Shown: in pieces, positions 20,685-31,559 of the stretch | How positions within the stretch are numbered: the stretch's first letter is position 1 | Layout of the letters: each line of letters begins with the position of its first letter | Origin: an archaeon | GTDB taxonomy: Archaea > Nanobdellota > Nanobdellia > SCGC-AAA011-G17 > GW2011-AR17 | Length of the DNA: 64,000 bases | Direction of reading: 5' to 3' | Assembly (NCBI GenBank): GCA_018692925.1 | Contig: JABHLH010000016.1 | Location: 19,462 to 83,461, forward strand | Notes under the pieces: model-generated | The model's database searches: none | Seen by the model: the letters and a program-made list of their open reading frames with translations, nothing else | What the model was told of the DNA's origin: nothing | Position numbers and translations under genes: made by a program

Positions 20685-22022
20685 ATGAACAAAAAAGATT
20701 GGCTACTTTTAGGACTATTTACAATCTTATTATTAATCCTAGTATCAACTTCAAAACAGATCATTTTTCATGATTCAATTGAATATTTTAATTTAATCAA
20801 AGATTTTGCGGGATTTCAAATAATCAAAGCACATAGTACACATTCAATGCTTTACACATACATTTTATCTTTTTTAGTAGAATTACTTCCAGCAATAAAA
20901 ACAATTCAAATACTAAATGTACTTTGGCTAATCCCAATTGCAATATTGATCAGAAAATATACAAACAAAAGTGCTTATTTGTTATTTTTATTCTCACCAA
21001 TGGTTTGGATTGCAGCTCCTGAACTTACACCAGTTATGCCTGCAGCTTTCTTCACAACATTAGCTTATTTCCAAATAAAAAAATGGCAAAATAATAACAA
21101 GAACAAACACCTATGGATAACAGCAATTTCTTTAGGTTTTTCAATGGCAATTTATACTCCTATGTTCTTTGTAGCTTTAATGTTCTTAATAGCTTTCATG
21201 AGAAAAACAACAGTAAAAAAATTAATTCCATTTTCAATATTAGCAGGATTATTTTATTTACCAAGAATAATTCTCGACTATAAACTTACAGGATTACCAT
21301 TTTACTCAGAGATTAGATTCTTTGGTGCAAACTTAAAAAATGCTTTAGGTTTAGGTGCAACTGGAGATGCAGGAATGATTGCTGGCCTTTTAATTTTTGA
21401 AACTACTTATTTCATATTCCTAATTTCACCATTACTTTTCATGCTTTACAAAACAAACTTCAAAAAATACAAAAATGAACTATTCTTTATTATCACAGTT
21501 ACAGCATTTTTCCTAGTAACTGGTTCTTACATAAAATACATTTTAATTCCATCTGCAATTATCTTTTATTTACTTTCAAAAGTATTAACAAAAAAATTAC
21601 TTTACTTACACATTATTCTTTCAATAATTTTAACTTTGATTTTTGTAATTCCATTTTATTCTCCTGTTGAAGCATCTTATCCAACAGACTTAGAACAAAT
21701 ACAAAATGATTTTGATATAGGTGGAGCAATCTTACATCCAACAGTTGCAGTTTATCTTTGGGAAGGTTCTTATTTCTTACCAGAAGAATATTATGCTTTT
21801 ACTAACGACGAAGAATATTTTTCAACATTATCTTTACAAGCATCTCCTACATACTATTATGATAAAATCCTAGAGATCCAAGGAAATTTATTAATTGCAC
21901 AAGATGAAAGAGTTAAGGATGCTACCTTATGGATATCTCATAAAGACGACCCTGTTCCAGAAGAATTTATTCAAGAAAAATGTTATGAAGAAATTTGTGT
22001 TTCTAAGAAAATCTCAACTTAA
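20685..22022 (+). CDS. Polytopic integral membrane protein, possibly a GT-C-like glycosyltransferase
   Basis: It has more than 10 predicted TM helices and a C-terminal soluble domain. No strong catalytic motif. Confidence 0.45.
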   Translation: MNKKDWLLLGLFTILLLILVSTSKQIIFHDSIEYFNLIKDFAGFQIIKAHSTHSMLYTYILSFLVELLPAIKTIQILNVLWLIPIAILIRKYTNKSAYLLFLFSPMVWIAAPELTPVMPAAFFTTLAYFQIKKWQNNNKNKHLWITAISLGFSMAIYTPMFFVALMFLIAFMRKTTVKKLIPFSILAGLFYLPRIILDYKLTGLPFYSEIRFFGANLKNALGLGATGDAGMIAGLLIFETTYFIFLISPLLFMLYKTNFKKYKNELFFIITVTAFFLVTGSYIKYILIPSAIIFYLLSKVLTKKLLYLHIILSIILTLIFVIPFYSPVEASYPTDLEQIQNDFDIGGAILHPTVAVYLWEGSYFLPEEYYAFTNDEEYFSTLSLQASPTYYYDKILEIQGNLLIAQDERVKDATLWISHKDDPVPEEFIQEKCYEEICVSKKIST

Positions 22023-22734
22023 TAATTGTAGTAAAAAACTTAATCATTTCTTTGTAAGTTAATTTTGTTTCACCAATAGTCCTATCAACAAAAACTAGAG
22101 GTATTTCTTTAACTCTTGCCTTTTTTTTCTTACCCAAATACAAAATTTCTTCTAAAGTACAATAACCATTTGTTTTCACATTCTCAAATCCAATTTTCTT
22201 CCATAATAAAGCATTATAACATCTATACCCTGAAGAAATATCATTAACTTTCAAACCTAAAATTAATTGACCATAAATATTTGCTCCTCTACTAATTGCT
22301 TTTCTAATCCAAGGCCAATTTTTAAAATCCCCTCCCTTGATATATCTACTACCAATAACAATATCATTCGTACTAGCATACTCTAAAAATGTTGGAATCA
22401 AATCTGGATCATGACTTAAATCAGAATCCATACTAAAAACATTATCTGCTCCTAAAACATTAATACCATACTTAAACCCTGCAATATATGCGCTACCTAA
22501 ACCAGACTTAGCTTTTCTTTTTACTAAATGTAAATTAGAATACTCTTTCATTTTCTCTTCAACAAACTCAGAAGTACCATCTGGACTGCTATCATCAACA
22601 ACAACAATCTCTCCTTCCCAATCTTTTATATTCTTTAAAATCTCAATTAATCTAGGAAGTAAAATCTTCAAATTTTCTTTTTCATTATATGTTGGTAAAG
22701 CTAAAACAAATTTCATAGAAACCATAGAATACAA
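22003..22734 (-). CDS. GT2 glycosyltransferase, dolichol-phosphate mannose/glucose synthase-like
   Basis: Motifs are LALPTYNE, VVVDDSSPDGT and DSDLSHDP (the DxD/DAD motif). Confidence 0.85.
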   Translation of the reverse strand: MYSMVSMKFVLALPTYNEKENLKILLPRLIEILKNIKDWEGEIVVVDDSSPDGTSEFVEEKMKEYSNLHLVKRKAKSGLGSAYIAGFKYGINVLGADNVFSMDSDLSHDPDLIPTFLEYASTNDIVIGSRYIKGGDFKNWPWIRKAISRGANIYGQLILGLKVNDISSGYRCYNALLWKKIGFENVKTNGYCTLEEILYLGKKKKARVKEIPLVFVDRTIGETKLTYKEMIKFFTTIIKLRFS

Positions 22735-22751
22735 ACTCTTTAAAAACTTTA

Positions 22752-23060
22752 TTAAAGAAAATTATCCTCATCCTGGACATACTCTTTTTTTAATTTCAAA
22801 CAAACATATGCTTTCATCAATTCTTTTCCAAGATAAGCTGCATGATCTAAACTAGATATTAAATCTCTCTTTATTGCTGTACAATACAACTCTTGAGGAA
22901 CCTTTCCAAAAATATCTACTACAGGTTCATTAGTATCCATCTCACAAAACCTAATACCTATTTTATCTTCTTCAGGATAAATTTTAATTAAAAAATAACC
23001 TTTACCATCTAACTCACAATCTTTATACTTATCATATGAACCTTGAACTTCTTCTACCAT
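22752..23060 (-). CDS. Hypothetical small protein
   Basis: 102-aa ORF between two GT2 genes. An LDHAAYLGKEL motif faintly recalls a DUF4346-like domain, but I am unsure. Confidence 0.35.
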   Translation of the reverse strand: MVEEVQGSYDKYKDCELDGKGYFLIKIYPEEDKIGIRFCEMDTNEPVVDIFGKVPQELYCTAIKRDLISSLDHAAYLGKELMKAYVCLKLKKEYVQDEDNFL

Positions 23061-23142
23061 AAAAGAAAAAAATACTAAACAGCTTAAAAAGCTTTACTCT
23101 TATTACCAAATCCTTATAAATCCAGTTTTTTTTACTCAATTA

Positions 23143-23871
23143 ATGGATTTATCTATTGTAATTCCTGCATATAATGAGGAGAAAAGACTTGGAGGGTCGC
23201 TTAGTAAGATTATACCTTATCTAGATTCTTTAGAATTAAATTATGAAATCATTGTAGTTGATGATGGATCAAAAGATAAAACTATAGAAGTTGCAAACCA
23301 ATTCAAAGATAAAACTAATTTAAGAGTTCTAGAAAATAAAATTAACAGAGGAAAAGGTTATTCAGTTAAACAAGGAATTTTAGATGCAAAGTTTGACCAT
23401 GTTCTTTTCACTGATAGTGATTTAGCAACTCCAATTGATGAACTTGATATTTTACTTGAAGGATTAAAAGAAGATAATGATATAGTAATTGCTTCAAGAA
23501 CTTTAGAAGATTCAGAAATAATTGTTAATCAACCTTTCTACAGACAAATAATGGGAAAAACTTTTCCTTTAATGGTAAGAGTAATTGCAGTTAGAGGGAT
23601 TAGCGATACACAATGTGGATTTAAATTATTCAAAACAGAGGTTATTCAAAATATTGTAAAGCACCAAACAATAGATCGTTTTGGTTTTGATGTTGAACTT
23701 TTATTTCTTGCAAAAAAAATGAATTATAAAATAAAAGAAGTTCCGGTACAATGGATTGACCAAGAAGGTAGCAGATTACATCCAATAAAAGATGGTTATG
23801 GAATGTTCAAAGAATTATTAAAAGTTAGATCTAATCATTTTCTAGGAAAATATAAAATCAATCAAGCTTAA
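23143..23871 (+). CDS. GT2 glycosyltransferase, dolichyl-phosphate hexosyltransferase-like
   Basis: Motifs are LSIVIPAYNEE, IIVVDDGSKDKT and FTDSDLATP. Confidence 0.85.
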   Translation: MDLSIVIPAYNEEKRLGGSLSKIIPYLDSLELNYEIIVVDDGSKDKTIEVANQFKDKTNLRVLENKINRGKGYSVKQGILDAKFDHVLFTDSDLATPIDELDILLEGLKEDNDIVIASRTLEDSEIIVNQPFYRQIMGKTFPLMVRVIAVRGISDTQCGFKLFKTEVIQNIVKHQTIDRFGFDVELLFLAKKMNYKIKEVPVQWIDQEGSRLHPIKDGYGMFKELLKVRSNHFLGKYKINQA

Positions 23872-25429
23872 AAACTTGAATCAAACTTCCAGTAGAATCA
23901 TCTTCAAAAATCAATTCAATATAATCATAAGAATCTAAATTGCTATAATCTTCATAAACATCCCAATTACCCTGTGAACTTTCTTCAATTACAATATAAT
24001 CAACTTCTCTATTTTCGGCATACTCTAAAAAATCTTCAACATTAGCATAGGGGAAATTCACCATATTAGAATCTGTGAAATAACTAATATAAGAAGTTGC
24101 TGCCATGACATTCAATCTTTCACTTTCTTCAAAAGAAATTATCACATCAGCAGCTTCAGAATATATTTCCGGAACATCTCCTTGCCCATAAGAAACATAA
24201 TAAGGTAAATCTAAACTTAAAGAAAATAAATACAAACAAGAAAACAAAATTAAAATAATAACTAAAAAAGTTTTAATATTATTTACAAAATAATCTTTAT
24301 TAAAATATTTCTTCAAAGTTACTCTAGCCTTAGCAAAACCTAAACTCGAAACTAAAACTAAAGGTGCTGCCAAAATAAACAAATATCGAGGGTGAATAGT
24401 ATACAAAGGATAAATAAAAATCAACATAGCAACATAAGCTAAAAGCATATACATCAAACCTACATCTTTATACTTATTCAAAAAGAAAAAAATCAAAGCT
24501 AACAATACAGGCACAATCAAATAAAATAATAATCTTACAACTTCAATAAATTGTATTACATACCTCTCCAACAGATCACCAGGATTTTCAAGAATATAAT
24601 TTAAAGTTGATATTTCAAAAGAAACTTCTTCAAGGATAGTCAATGTTTTATCTTCATTCAAAGAAAGATATTCAACTCTCCACTCTTCTTCAGGACCAGT
24701 TACAATCTCTCCCTTCACTAAATTCCACCCTCCTTTTCCACTAATAGAAAAATCTCCAGTTTCTAGAAAAACATAATAAAAATATGGTGTTGTTAAAATT
24801 AAAAAAACAAAAAATACAATCAAAACTTTACTTGCGTTCTTAAACATAAAATTCTTACAATGCCAAAAAATAATAAAACAAGGTAACAAAAATAAAAAGA
24901 TTCCTTCAGGTCTAATCAAATATGTAAAAGCTATTGAAGCACCTAAAACAACAATATAAAACCAACTAACTTCTCTCAAAACTCTTATTGAAGAATAAAC
25001 TGCTAAGAACATAAAGAAAATAAACAATGCTTCACTCATAGCTAAAGAACCAGCTTGGATAATTCCAGGATAAATAGCCATTGCCAAGGCAGCAAATAAT
25101 CCACCAGATTTATTTGACATTTCTTTTCCAATTTTATAAGCTAAAAATATTGTTAAAGTACTAAATACTACAGATACAAATCTGGCTGCTACTAAAGAAT
25201 CTTCTATAAACCAATTAAAAACTCCAACAAACAAAGGATAACCAGGTGGAAAGAACAAAGCCTGCTCTATTAGAATACCTTCTTGAAATATAGCTCTAGC
25301 TATCATTACATAACCCAAAGCATCAGAAGCCATATCTCTGTACCCTATAGCAAACATCAAAAATAATCTTAAAAAGAAACCTAATAAGATAATTAAAATC
25401 AAACTAACATACTCTTTACTAAGTTTCAT
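23858..25429 (-). CDS. GT-C fold polytopic glycosyltransferase (GT39/GT83 ArnT/PMT-like)
   Basis: Many N-terminal TM helices. A first-loop acidic motif (RDMASDALGY) sits where the DE motif of GT-C enzymes lies. There is a large C-terminal soluble domain. Confidence 0.5.
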   Translation of the reverse strand: MKLSKEYVSLILIILLGFFLRLFLMFAIGYRDMASDALGYVMIARAIFQEGILIEQALFFPPGYPLFVGVFNWFIEDSLVAARFVSVVFSTLTIFLAYKIGKEMSNKSGGLFAALAMAIYPGIIQAGSLAMSEALFIFFMFLAVYSSIRVLREVSWFYIVVLGASIAFTYLIRPEGIFLFLLPCFIIFWHCKNFMFKNASKVLIVFFVFLILTTPYFYYVFLETGDFSISGKGGWNLVKGEIVTGPEEEWRVEYLSLNEDKTLTILEEVSFEISTLNYILENPGDLLERYVIQFIEVVRLLFYLIVPVLLALIFFFLNKYKDVGLMYMLLAYVAMLIFIYPLYTIHPRYLFILAAPLVLVSSLGFAKARVTLKKYFNKDYFVNNIKTFLVIILILFSCLYLFSLSLDLPYYVSYGQGDVPEIYSEAADVIISFEESERLNVMAATSYISYFTDSNMVNFPYANVEDFLEYAENREVDYIVIEESSQGNWDVYEDYSNLDSYDYIELIFEDDSTGSLIQVFKLD

Positions 25430-25469
25430 ATTTCACAAATATTAGAATCCTTTTTTAAGATTTATGATC

Positions 25470-25799
25470 TTAAAAATCCATTCTAAACTCTAAACCATGT
25501 TTATCAAACCCTAACCTTTCATACAAAGCATGGACTTTTATTTTTTTTAATCTACTTGTACAAATAAGTTTATAACAACCTTCAGTTTGAGCAGTTTCAA
25601 TAACTTCCTTCACTAATTTAGAGCCATAACCTTGTCCTTGAAATTCGCCTTGAACAAAAACATCTTCCAATAAACCATAAGGCTCTGCATGTAAATCATT
25701 TTTTATAAGATAAAGAAAAGCTCTTGCAACTTCTACACCTTCTTCTTCCAAAGAGAATCTAATACTCCTTGAAATATTTTCATTTTGTTTTATTACCAT
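25470..25799 (-). CDS. GNAT family N-acetyltransferase
   Basis: An acetyl-CoA binding motif Q/RxxGxG/A is present (QGQGYGSKLV). Confidence 0.75.
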   Translation of the reverse strand: MVIKQNENISRSIRFSLEEEGVEVARAFLYLIKNDLHAEPYGLLEDVFVQGEFQGQGYGSKLVKEVIETAQTEGCYKLICTSRLKKIKVHALYERLGFDKHGLEFRMDF

Positions 25800-25831
25800 T
25801 AAATATTATTTTAGAAATTATTTTTAAAAGA

Positions 25832-26245
25832 TTATGAACGCATTTTCTTTAGTTCAGATCTTGAAATTTCTTGAGTGTTAAAAGAACCTAAAACTTCACT
25901 TAATTTATTTACCATATCATCAAGAGAATTATATTCAATAATTTCTCCCATTGAAGCCATTGAACTTTGTAATTTAGATCCTTTTTTATGCATAACCAGA
26001 ATTTGAACATCATAAGCATCAGCCCATCCTGCCTCAATTCCAGCCCCTGTACTAGGATAAGAAGCCTCAACAACTAATAAATCACATTCATTTCTAAAAA
26101 ATTCTTTAGAGCTAAAAAGAGAATCAGAATATTCATGAGGTAAAATAATATCATGCTCGTAATTCAATTCACTTTCTCTTAAAGGACTATACAATTCAGT
26201 CTTAAAATCAAATTTCTTTGAATGTGCTACATATATTTTTACCAT
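25832..26245 (-). CDS. Nucleoside 2-deoxyribosyltransferase-like protein
   Basis: N-terminal IYVAHS and ...STGAGIEAGWADAYDVQILV resemble the NDT/YtoQ-like fold motifs. Confidence 0.4.
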   Translation of the reverse strand: MVKIYVAHSKKFDFKTELYSPLRESELNYEHDIILPHEYSDSLFSSKEFFRNECDLLVVEASYPSTGAGIEAGWADAYDVQILVMHKKGSKLQSSMASMGEIIEYNSLDDMVNKLSEVLGSFNTQEISRSELKKMRS

Positions 26246-26246
26246 T

Positions 26247-27548
26247 TTACATAAACCTCATAACTTTCAAATACATTTTGTGCAATCCTTGAACAGAAGT
26301 CAAATGTTTAGCTACATAACCCCATCTTTTAGGATGAGTATAAAATTCAAACAACAATCTTTTCTGTAAAAATTTCAATTCTGAAAAAGAAATATTCTCA
26401 TCTTCAAAAATTCTATTTTTATAATAATCATAATTCTCTGTTAACTTATATTTACCTTTCATACTTTCATACAAATGTGTTTCAGGAAGTGGAGTAGTAA
26501 TTGTTGCAGTAATCTCAGTTGCATCCAAAGATTTAGCAAATTTAATAGTTTGTAAAATCTCTTCTTTAGTTTCCCCTGGAGCTCCAAGCATAATATAACA
26601 AAGACATCTAATTCCAACTTTCTCTGCCATAGCTACATCACCATGAACTTTTGAAAGATCAATATCTTTATGATAAATTTCATCTGCAACTCTTTGACTT
26701 CCAGTTTCTACACCTACATGCATAATTCTCAAACCAGCTGCATACATCATTCTCATTTCTTCTTCATTCAGTAAACCAATTCTAGAATTAATTCCCCACT
26801 GCATTTCTAATTCTTCATCAACAAGTCTTTTACAAAAAACTTTTATCCATTCTTTTCTAACAGTAAAAGTATCATCATTAAACCAAATAGCATTAATACC
26901 AAAATGATTTTTCAAATGTTTCATTTCTTCAATAACACTATCAACTGACCTAGTTCTAACACCTTTACCAAAAATCTTTTCTAAAACTGGCTGACAAAAT
27001 GTACATCTAAAAGGACATCCTCTTGAAGAAAACATATTTGTTCCTCTAACATTTGGATCAATACTATCAAAGACATGCCACAATTTGATATAATCTTCCA
27101 TATCCAATAAATCATAAGCCATAATAGGTAAATTCTCAAGATCAAATCTCTCACCTTGAATAATTTTTTCTTTACACTTACCTTTCAAAATATCCAACAT
27201 AGCAGATTCAGCTTCACCTTTCACAACAAAATCAGAAAATTCTGTTAATGTCTCAGGCCTTAGTGTAGCTTGTGGACCTCCAATAATTACTTTCTTACCT
27301 TTAGACTTTGCATACTTTGCAATTTTCTTAACATCATTTAACATTAAAGAATCACAATAAATAGCAACATAATCTGCATCAAAATCATCAATTCTTTTTC
27401 TGATATAATCCATTGTAGGATGAAAAGTTGAATCTATTAGATCTACAGAATAACCATTATTTCTCAAATGTGCTGCAATTAAAGCCAAACCACCTGGAGG
27501 ATCTCCAGTTTTATACTTCATCCTTGCAAACACTAAACTTATCTTCAT
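26247..27548 (-). CDS. B12-binding (class B) radical SAM enzyme
   Basis: An N-terminal cobalamin-binding Rossmann-like domain is followed by a CPFRCTFC (CxxxCxxC) radical SAM cluster motif. Confidence 0.85.
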   Translation of the reverse strand: MKISLVFARMKYKTGDPPGGLALIAAHLRNNGYSVDLIDSTFHPTMDYIRKRIDDFDADYVAIYCDSLMLNDVKKIAKYAKSKGKKVIIGGPQATLRPETLTEFSDFVVKGEAESAMLDILKGKCKEKIIQGERFDLENLPIMAYDLLDMEDYIKLWHVFDSIDPNVRGTNMFSSRGCPFRCTFCQPVLEKIFGKGVRTRSVDSVIEEMKHLKNHFGINAIWFNDDTFTVRKEWIKVFCKRLVDEELEMQWGINSRIGLLNEEEMRMMYAAGLRIMHVGVETGSQRVADEIYHKDIDLSKVHGDVAMAEKVGIRCLCYIMLGAPGETKEEILQTIKFAKSLDATEITATITTPLPETHLYESMKGKYKLTENYDYYKNRIFEDENISFSELKFLQKRLLFEFYTHPKRWGYVAKHLTSVQGLHKMYLKVMRFM

Positions 27549-27640
27549 AACTCAAATTATTCCAGAATAGACATATATAAGTTTTATTATACTATAATAA
27601 CCCATAAAATTTATAAAGAATCCTTAAGAAAATACACTAG

Positions 27641-28369
27641 ATGTTAAAAGAAAAACAAGATATCAAGAGTCATTACGATTCAGAAGGATTAATCAAGGGA
27701 TATGTTCAAAACAGATTTTCAAAACCTCTAGGCAAATTTTTACATGAAAGAGAAACTTCAATAGTAAACTTATATATTCAAAAAAGCAATGCAGAATCTG
27801 TATTAGATTTAGCTTGTGGCCCTGCAAGATTAACTGTAGATATTGAAACAAAAAATGGAACAGCTTTTGATAATGCAAAAAATATGTTAAGCGTTGCAAA
27901 AAAAAGACTAAAAGGTAAAAAATGGAAATTTGTTCAAGGTGACGCATTCAATTTAAAATTAAAAAATAAATTTGATTTAATTTATTCATTTAGATTCTTC
28001 AGACATTTCAACAAAGAAGACAGAAAATCACTTTTAGCAAATGTACATTCTCACTTAAATGACAATTCTATTTTCATAACAGATATGGCAAATATCAAAT
28101 TCAGAGATAGATCATTAAAACAAAGTAACGAAAGTATTGATGTTGTAGATTACAAAATTGAAAAAAAAGAATTCATTCAAGAATTAGAAGATGCTGGTTT
28201 TGAAATAATTGAAATCGATACTGTAATCAACCATTATAATTTACAAGTTAATGCATCAAGATTATATTACTTAAATTTAGATTCTGTTGCGATGGCTTTA
28301 ATTAGAGAGTTTGAAAGATATCCACCATTTGCAGCTCAAGAATTCGTATTTATAGCTAGAAAAAAATGA
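27641..28369 (+). CDS. Class I SAM-dependent methyltransferase
   Basis: Motif I is VLDLACGPARL, with an acidic post-I motif. It is the paralog of the N-terminal domain of 43061..44476. Confidence 0.7.
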   Translation: MLKEKQDIKSHYDSEGLIKGYVQNRFSKPLGKFLHERETSIVNLYIQKSNAESVLDLACGPARLTVDIETKNGTAFDNAKNMLSVAKKRLKGKKWKFVQGDAFNLKLKNKFDLIYSFRFFRHFNKEDRKSLLANVHSHLNDNSIFITDMANIKFRDRSLKQSNESIDVVDYKIEKKEFIQELEDAGFEIIEIDTVINHYNLQVNASRLYYLNLDSVAMALIREFERYPPFAAQEFVFIARKK

Positions 28370-29082
28370 AAAAAGTCCCTTCAATCAAAGAATTGAATAA
28401 ATTCGCTTGGAAATTCAAAAACAGAAAAACTGAAACTCACCTTAGAATTTTCTCTCCTTATTTTCTTTGGACTTTACTTCACACAAAGATCACTCCAAAT
28501 CAACTTACTATGTTTTGGGTTTTATTAGTAATTATCACATCACCATTTTTCTTAATCTACAATTTTTCAGTTCACATTGTTGCTAGTGCAATTATTTTAC
28601 TTTGTTTACAATTAGACATGGTTGACGGTTCTTTAGCAAGATACAAAAAACAATTCAGTAAGAAAGGAGCTATCATAGATTTCATAGGATCTTGGCTAAT
28701 GGCTATTCTTCCACAAACTTTCTTAGCTATCACATACTTCATACATACAGGAAAAACTTGGATCATTATTGCATTACCTTTCTTCTTAATTGGATTTATC
28801 ATGAAAGAGTTAATTCCATTAAAAGAAATGTTCATTTATCAAAAGAAGATTAAAGATGATAAACCTAAAGACAAAGGAAGATTACACAACATTTATTCTT
28901 TTGCAAGAAAACTAATGCTTATTGATTATTCAATTGAAATGTTATTTATCTCTATACTAATTGGAATTCCTGAATACTACATTTTATTCTATGCATTCTC
29001 TTACAACTTATATTGGATTGCAAAAACTATACATGTATTCATAAAAAAGGAAGATCTTTCTAAAGAAGTATTTTTAACTTAA
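28366..29082 (+). CDS. CDP-alcohol phosphatidyltransferase-like membrane protein
   Basis: DMVDGSLARYKKQFSKKGAIIDFIG partly matches D-G-x2-A-R-x8-G-x3-D. It has 5-6 TM helices. Its start overlaps the upstream methyltransferase gene by 4 nt. Confidence 0.5.
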   Translation: MKKVPSIKELNKFAWKFKNRKTETHLRIFSPYFLWTLLHTKITPNQLTMFWVLLVIITSPFFLIYNFSVHIVASAIILLCLQLDMVDGSLARYKKQFSKKGAIIDFIGSWLMAILPQTFLAITYFIHTGKTWIIIALPFFLIGFIMKELIPLKEMFIYQKKIKDDKPKDKGRLHNIYSFARKLMLIDYSIEMLFISILIGIPEYYILFYAFSYNLYWIAKTIHVFIKKEDLSKEVFLT

Positions 29083-30560
29083 CGTCTAAAGCTCTTAAAA
29101 CTTTTCATATCTTCTTTACTTATTCCTCCAAAGAGAAACAAGAACAACAAGTATACAAAACCATAAACCAAAGCAAAGAGAATCAAGCTATACTTTTCTA
29201 CACTTCCAAAGATCCAAACTAGAGCAAAGAAACTAAGAACTCCTACAATTATAACTTTCAAATATTGTTTTACTAAATCAAAATCTAAAAGTGAAATCCT
29301 AAACTTTCTAAATAAAGGTACAAATAACAAAATATTAAACACTAAAAATGAAAAAGCTGTTGCCAAAGCAGCACCTGTAATCCCATAGCTTTGAATAAAG
29401 ACAATATTCAGCACAACTCCAATACCTGTCGCAATAAAACTAATCACTAACTTCAGTTTAGTCATTGCAAAGCTATTATACAACAAACCTAATACTCCAA
29501 AAAATGTAACAACCATTGTTCCTAACAATAAAATCCTCATAGGCCACAAAGCTCCAATATAATCTACACCAAACAAAAATACAATTAATTCTCCAGTATA
29601 ATAGAACATAAACATAAACAGGGGAAAAGTTAAACTAACAAACCAAGTTAACAATTTCTTATACACTTTTTTAATTTCTTTAAATTTCTTCTCAGCATAC
29701 AATTTACTAACTACAGGAATAAATAAACCTTTAAACAAATTAACAGGTATAACTAACAAAGCTGCCAAAGGTATTGCAACATTATACACTCCAACTAACT
29801 CTTCAGTTAAAAAATAACCAATCATCAAAGTATCAATCCAAGTCATACAAGTAAACAAAGCCCCCATAAACAACAAAGGCCAAGAAAATGTCAATAATTT
29901 TTTTCCAAAAGATTTACCTAAATTTTGATCTTTATATTTTGAAATTAATTTCCATACAATTAACATTCCAACTAAAAAACTAACAAAATAACTCAGGACA
30001 TAAGCCCACATAACTCCAAACAATGAATACCCATAATACAAAAATGCTACAGCCAATAGAACTTTCACTCCTGGCTCAACAATTTGCCTCACAGTAATAT
30101 AATGCTCAATCTTTTTAGTACCTCTAAACACAGCCATAAACAATTCAGTTAAAACCCAGAAAGGCAAGACTAAAGCTAAGATTAACAAGAAATACTTTAA
30201 TGTTCCATTTGAACTAATCAAACTTGACAACTGACTAGAAAATAAAAACAAGAGTACAGCAAATATCAAACTAGAAATTAAGGCAATCTTTAAACCTGAG
30301 AAGATAATATTCTTCATTTCTTTTTTCTGACCATAGAAATATCCAAGATATCTTTCAACACCATGTTCTAAACCTAAAGATGCTACCATCCCTACAATAC
30401 TAAAAACAGCAATACCTAAACTCAAAATACCATAATCTGCTGGACCTAACCATCTAGCAACAATTGTTCTAAATGCAAAATTCAATAATTTCGAGAAGAA
30501 TAGACCTATAAATATAAAGAAGGCTCCTCTTACGATCCAATCCAGCGAACTTTTAGACAT
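29079..30560 (-). CDS. Wzx-like polysaccharide/oligosaccharide flippase (MOP superfamily)
   Basis: 493 aa with ~12-14 TM helices. The N-terminal pattern is typical of polysaccharide biosynthesis proteins. Confidence 0.65.
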   Translation of the reverse strand: MSKSSLDWIVRGAFFIFIGLFFSKLLNFAFRTIVARWLGPADYGILSLGIAVFSIVGMVASLGLEHGVERYLGYFYGQKKEMKNIIFSGLKIALISSLIFAVLLFLFSSQLSSLISSNGTLKYFLLILALVLPFWVLTELFMAVFRGTKKIEHYITVRQIVEPGVKVLLAVAFLYYGYSLFGVMWAYVLSYFVSFLVGMLIVWKLISKYKDQNLGKSFGKKLLTFSWPLLFMGALFTCMTWIDTLMIGYFLTEELVGVYNVAIPLAALLVIPVNLFKGLFIPVVSKLYAEKKFKEIKKVYKKLLTWFVSLTFPLFMFMFYYTGELIVFLFGVDYIGALWPMRILLLGTMVVTFFGVLGLLYNSFAMTKLKLVISFIATGIGVVLNIVFIQSYGITGAALATAFSFLVFNILLFVPLFRKFRISLLDFDLVKQYLKVIIVGVLSFFALVWIFGSVEKYSLILFALVYGFVYLLFLFLFGGISKEDMKSFKSFRR

Positions 30561-30593
30561 ATAAGAAATATAAAAAGACCTATTTAAAAAACT

Positions 30594-31517
30594 TTAGAAT
30601 TCCAATTTTTTACGATATGTCCAATATACAACTAAACCAAATGCATACTTAAACAAGATATTAAACAAAAAGTAATTTACTGACACTGCATAAGGAACAC
30701 CAATCAAACCATACATATAAATTCCTGAGATTTCTTTCAACCCTAAACCTGAAAATGGTATAGGCAACAAAGAGATCATAATGATTAGAGATTGTATCAT
30801 CGCAATATGAAAAATAGAAACTTCTGCTCCAAACATTCTAAATGCAACAAGTCCACCAAAAAATATTCCACTTAATAAAATTGCAGTAATAAAAAAATTC
30901 AAAACTAAAATCTTTTTTCTTCTCTTAAACACATGTTTAAACGAATGTGAAAACCTCTTAAAATACTTTGAATACTTTCTTAAAAAATACTTCTTAATAA
31001 ATCTTCTAACTTTATTTGACCAAGCTCCTAAAAACACACTAACTAAAACTAACAGAGTAGCTAACAAAATCCAAGTATAATCTTGAGATAAATCAAAAAC
31101 AAATAACAAACCTAATACAGCCATTACACCATAAAAAGAAAAAGTAATCAATTTATCAATAAACTGTACAGAAAGAACTTCTCCATATTCAAAATTTTTA
31201 TGTTTCTTCAATAATAATGTTAAACTCAATTCTCCAGTTTTACTTGGAAAAAATAATGCTAAAGAGTTCATCAAAAGAAAATACTTAAACAAACCAAAAT
31301 AAGAAATTCTTCGACGAATAGCCTTAAACAATAATCTTAAATTCAAAGTATAGATCATTTTAGTTCCAACAAAAATAACTACAAATGGGATCAACCAAAA
31401 CAGATTAATATTCTTCAAAACTTCAAAAATGCTATCTACACCAACTTTCCAAAATATTAAAATGAAAATACTAACTAAAATAAAAACATTCAATACTTTC
31501 AACCAAATCTTATTCAT
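30594..31517 (-). CDS. Flippase-like domain membrane protein (UPF0104/LPG-synthase-TM-like)
   Basis: 307 aa, polytopic. The N-terminal KVGVDSIFEVLKNINLFWL pattern is typical of this family. Confidence 0.45.
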   Translation of the reverse strand: MNKIWLKVLNVFILVSIFILIFWKVGVDSIFEVLKNINLFWLIPFVVIFVGTKMIYTLNLRLLFKAIRRRISYFGLFKYFLLMNSLALFFPSKTGELSLTLLLKKHKNFEYGEVLSVQFIDKLITFSFYGVMAVLGLLFVFDLSQDYTWILLATLLVLVSVFLGAWSNKVRRFIKKYFLRKYSKYFKRFSHSFKHVFKRRKKILVLNFFITAILLSGIFFGGLVAFRMFGAEVSIFHIAMIQSLIIMISLLPIPFSGLGLKEISGIYMYGLIGVPYAVSVNYFLFNILFKYAFGLVVYWTYRKKLEF

Positions 31518-31559
31518 ATTATAAAAATTAGAAACTCGGCTTTTAAATCTTATGGAAAA

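Noticed and set aside
27693-28835. Minus-strand ORFs 27693..27947 and 28572..28835
   Set aside because: Antisense within the methyltransferase and CDP-OH-PT genes.
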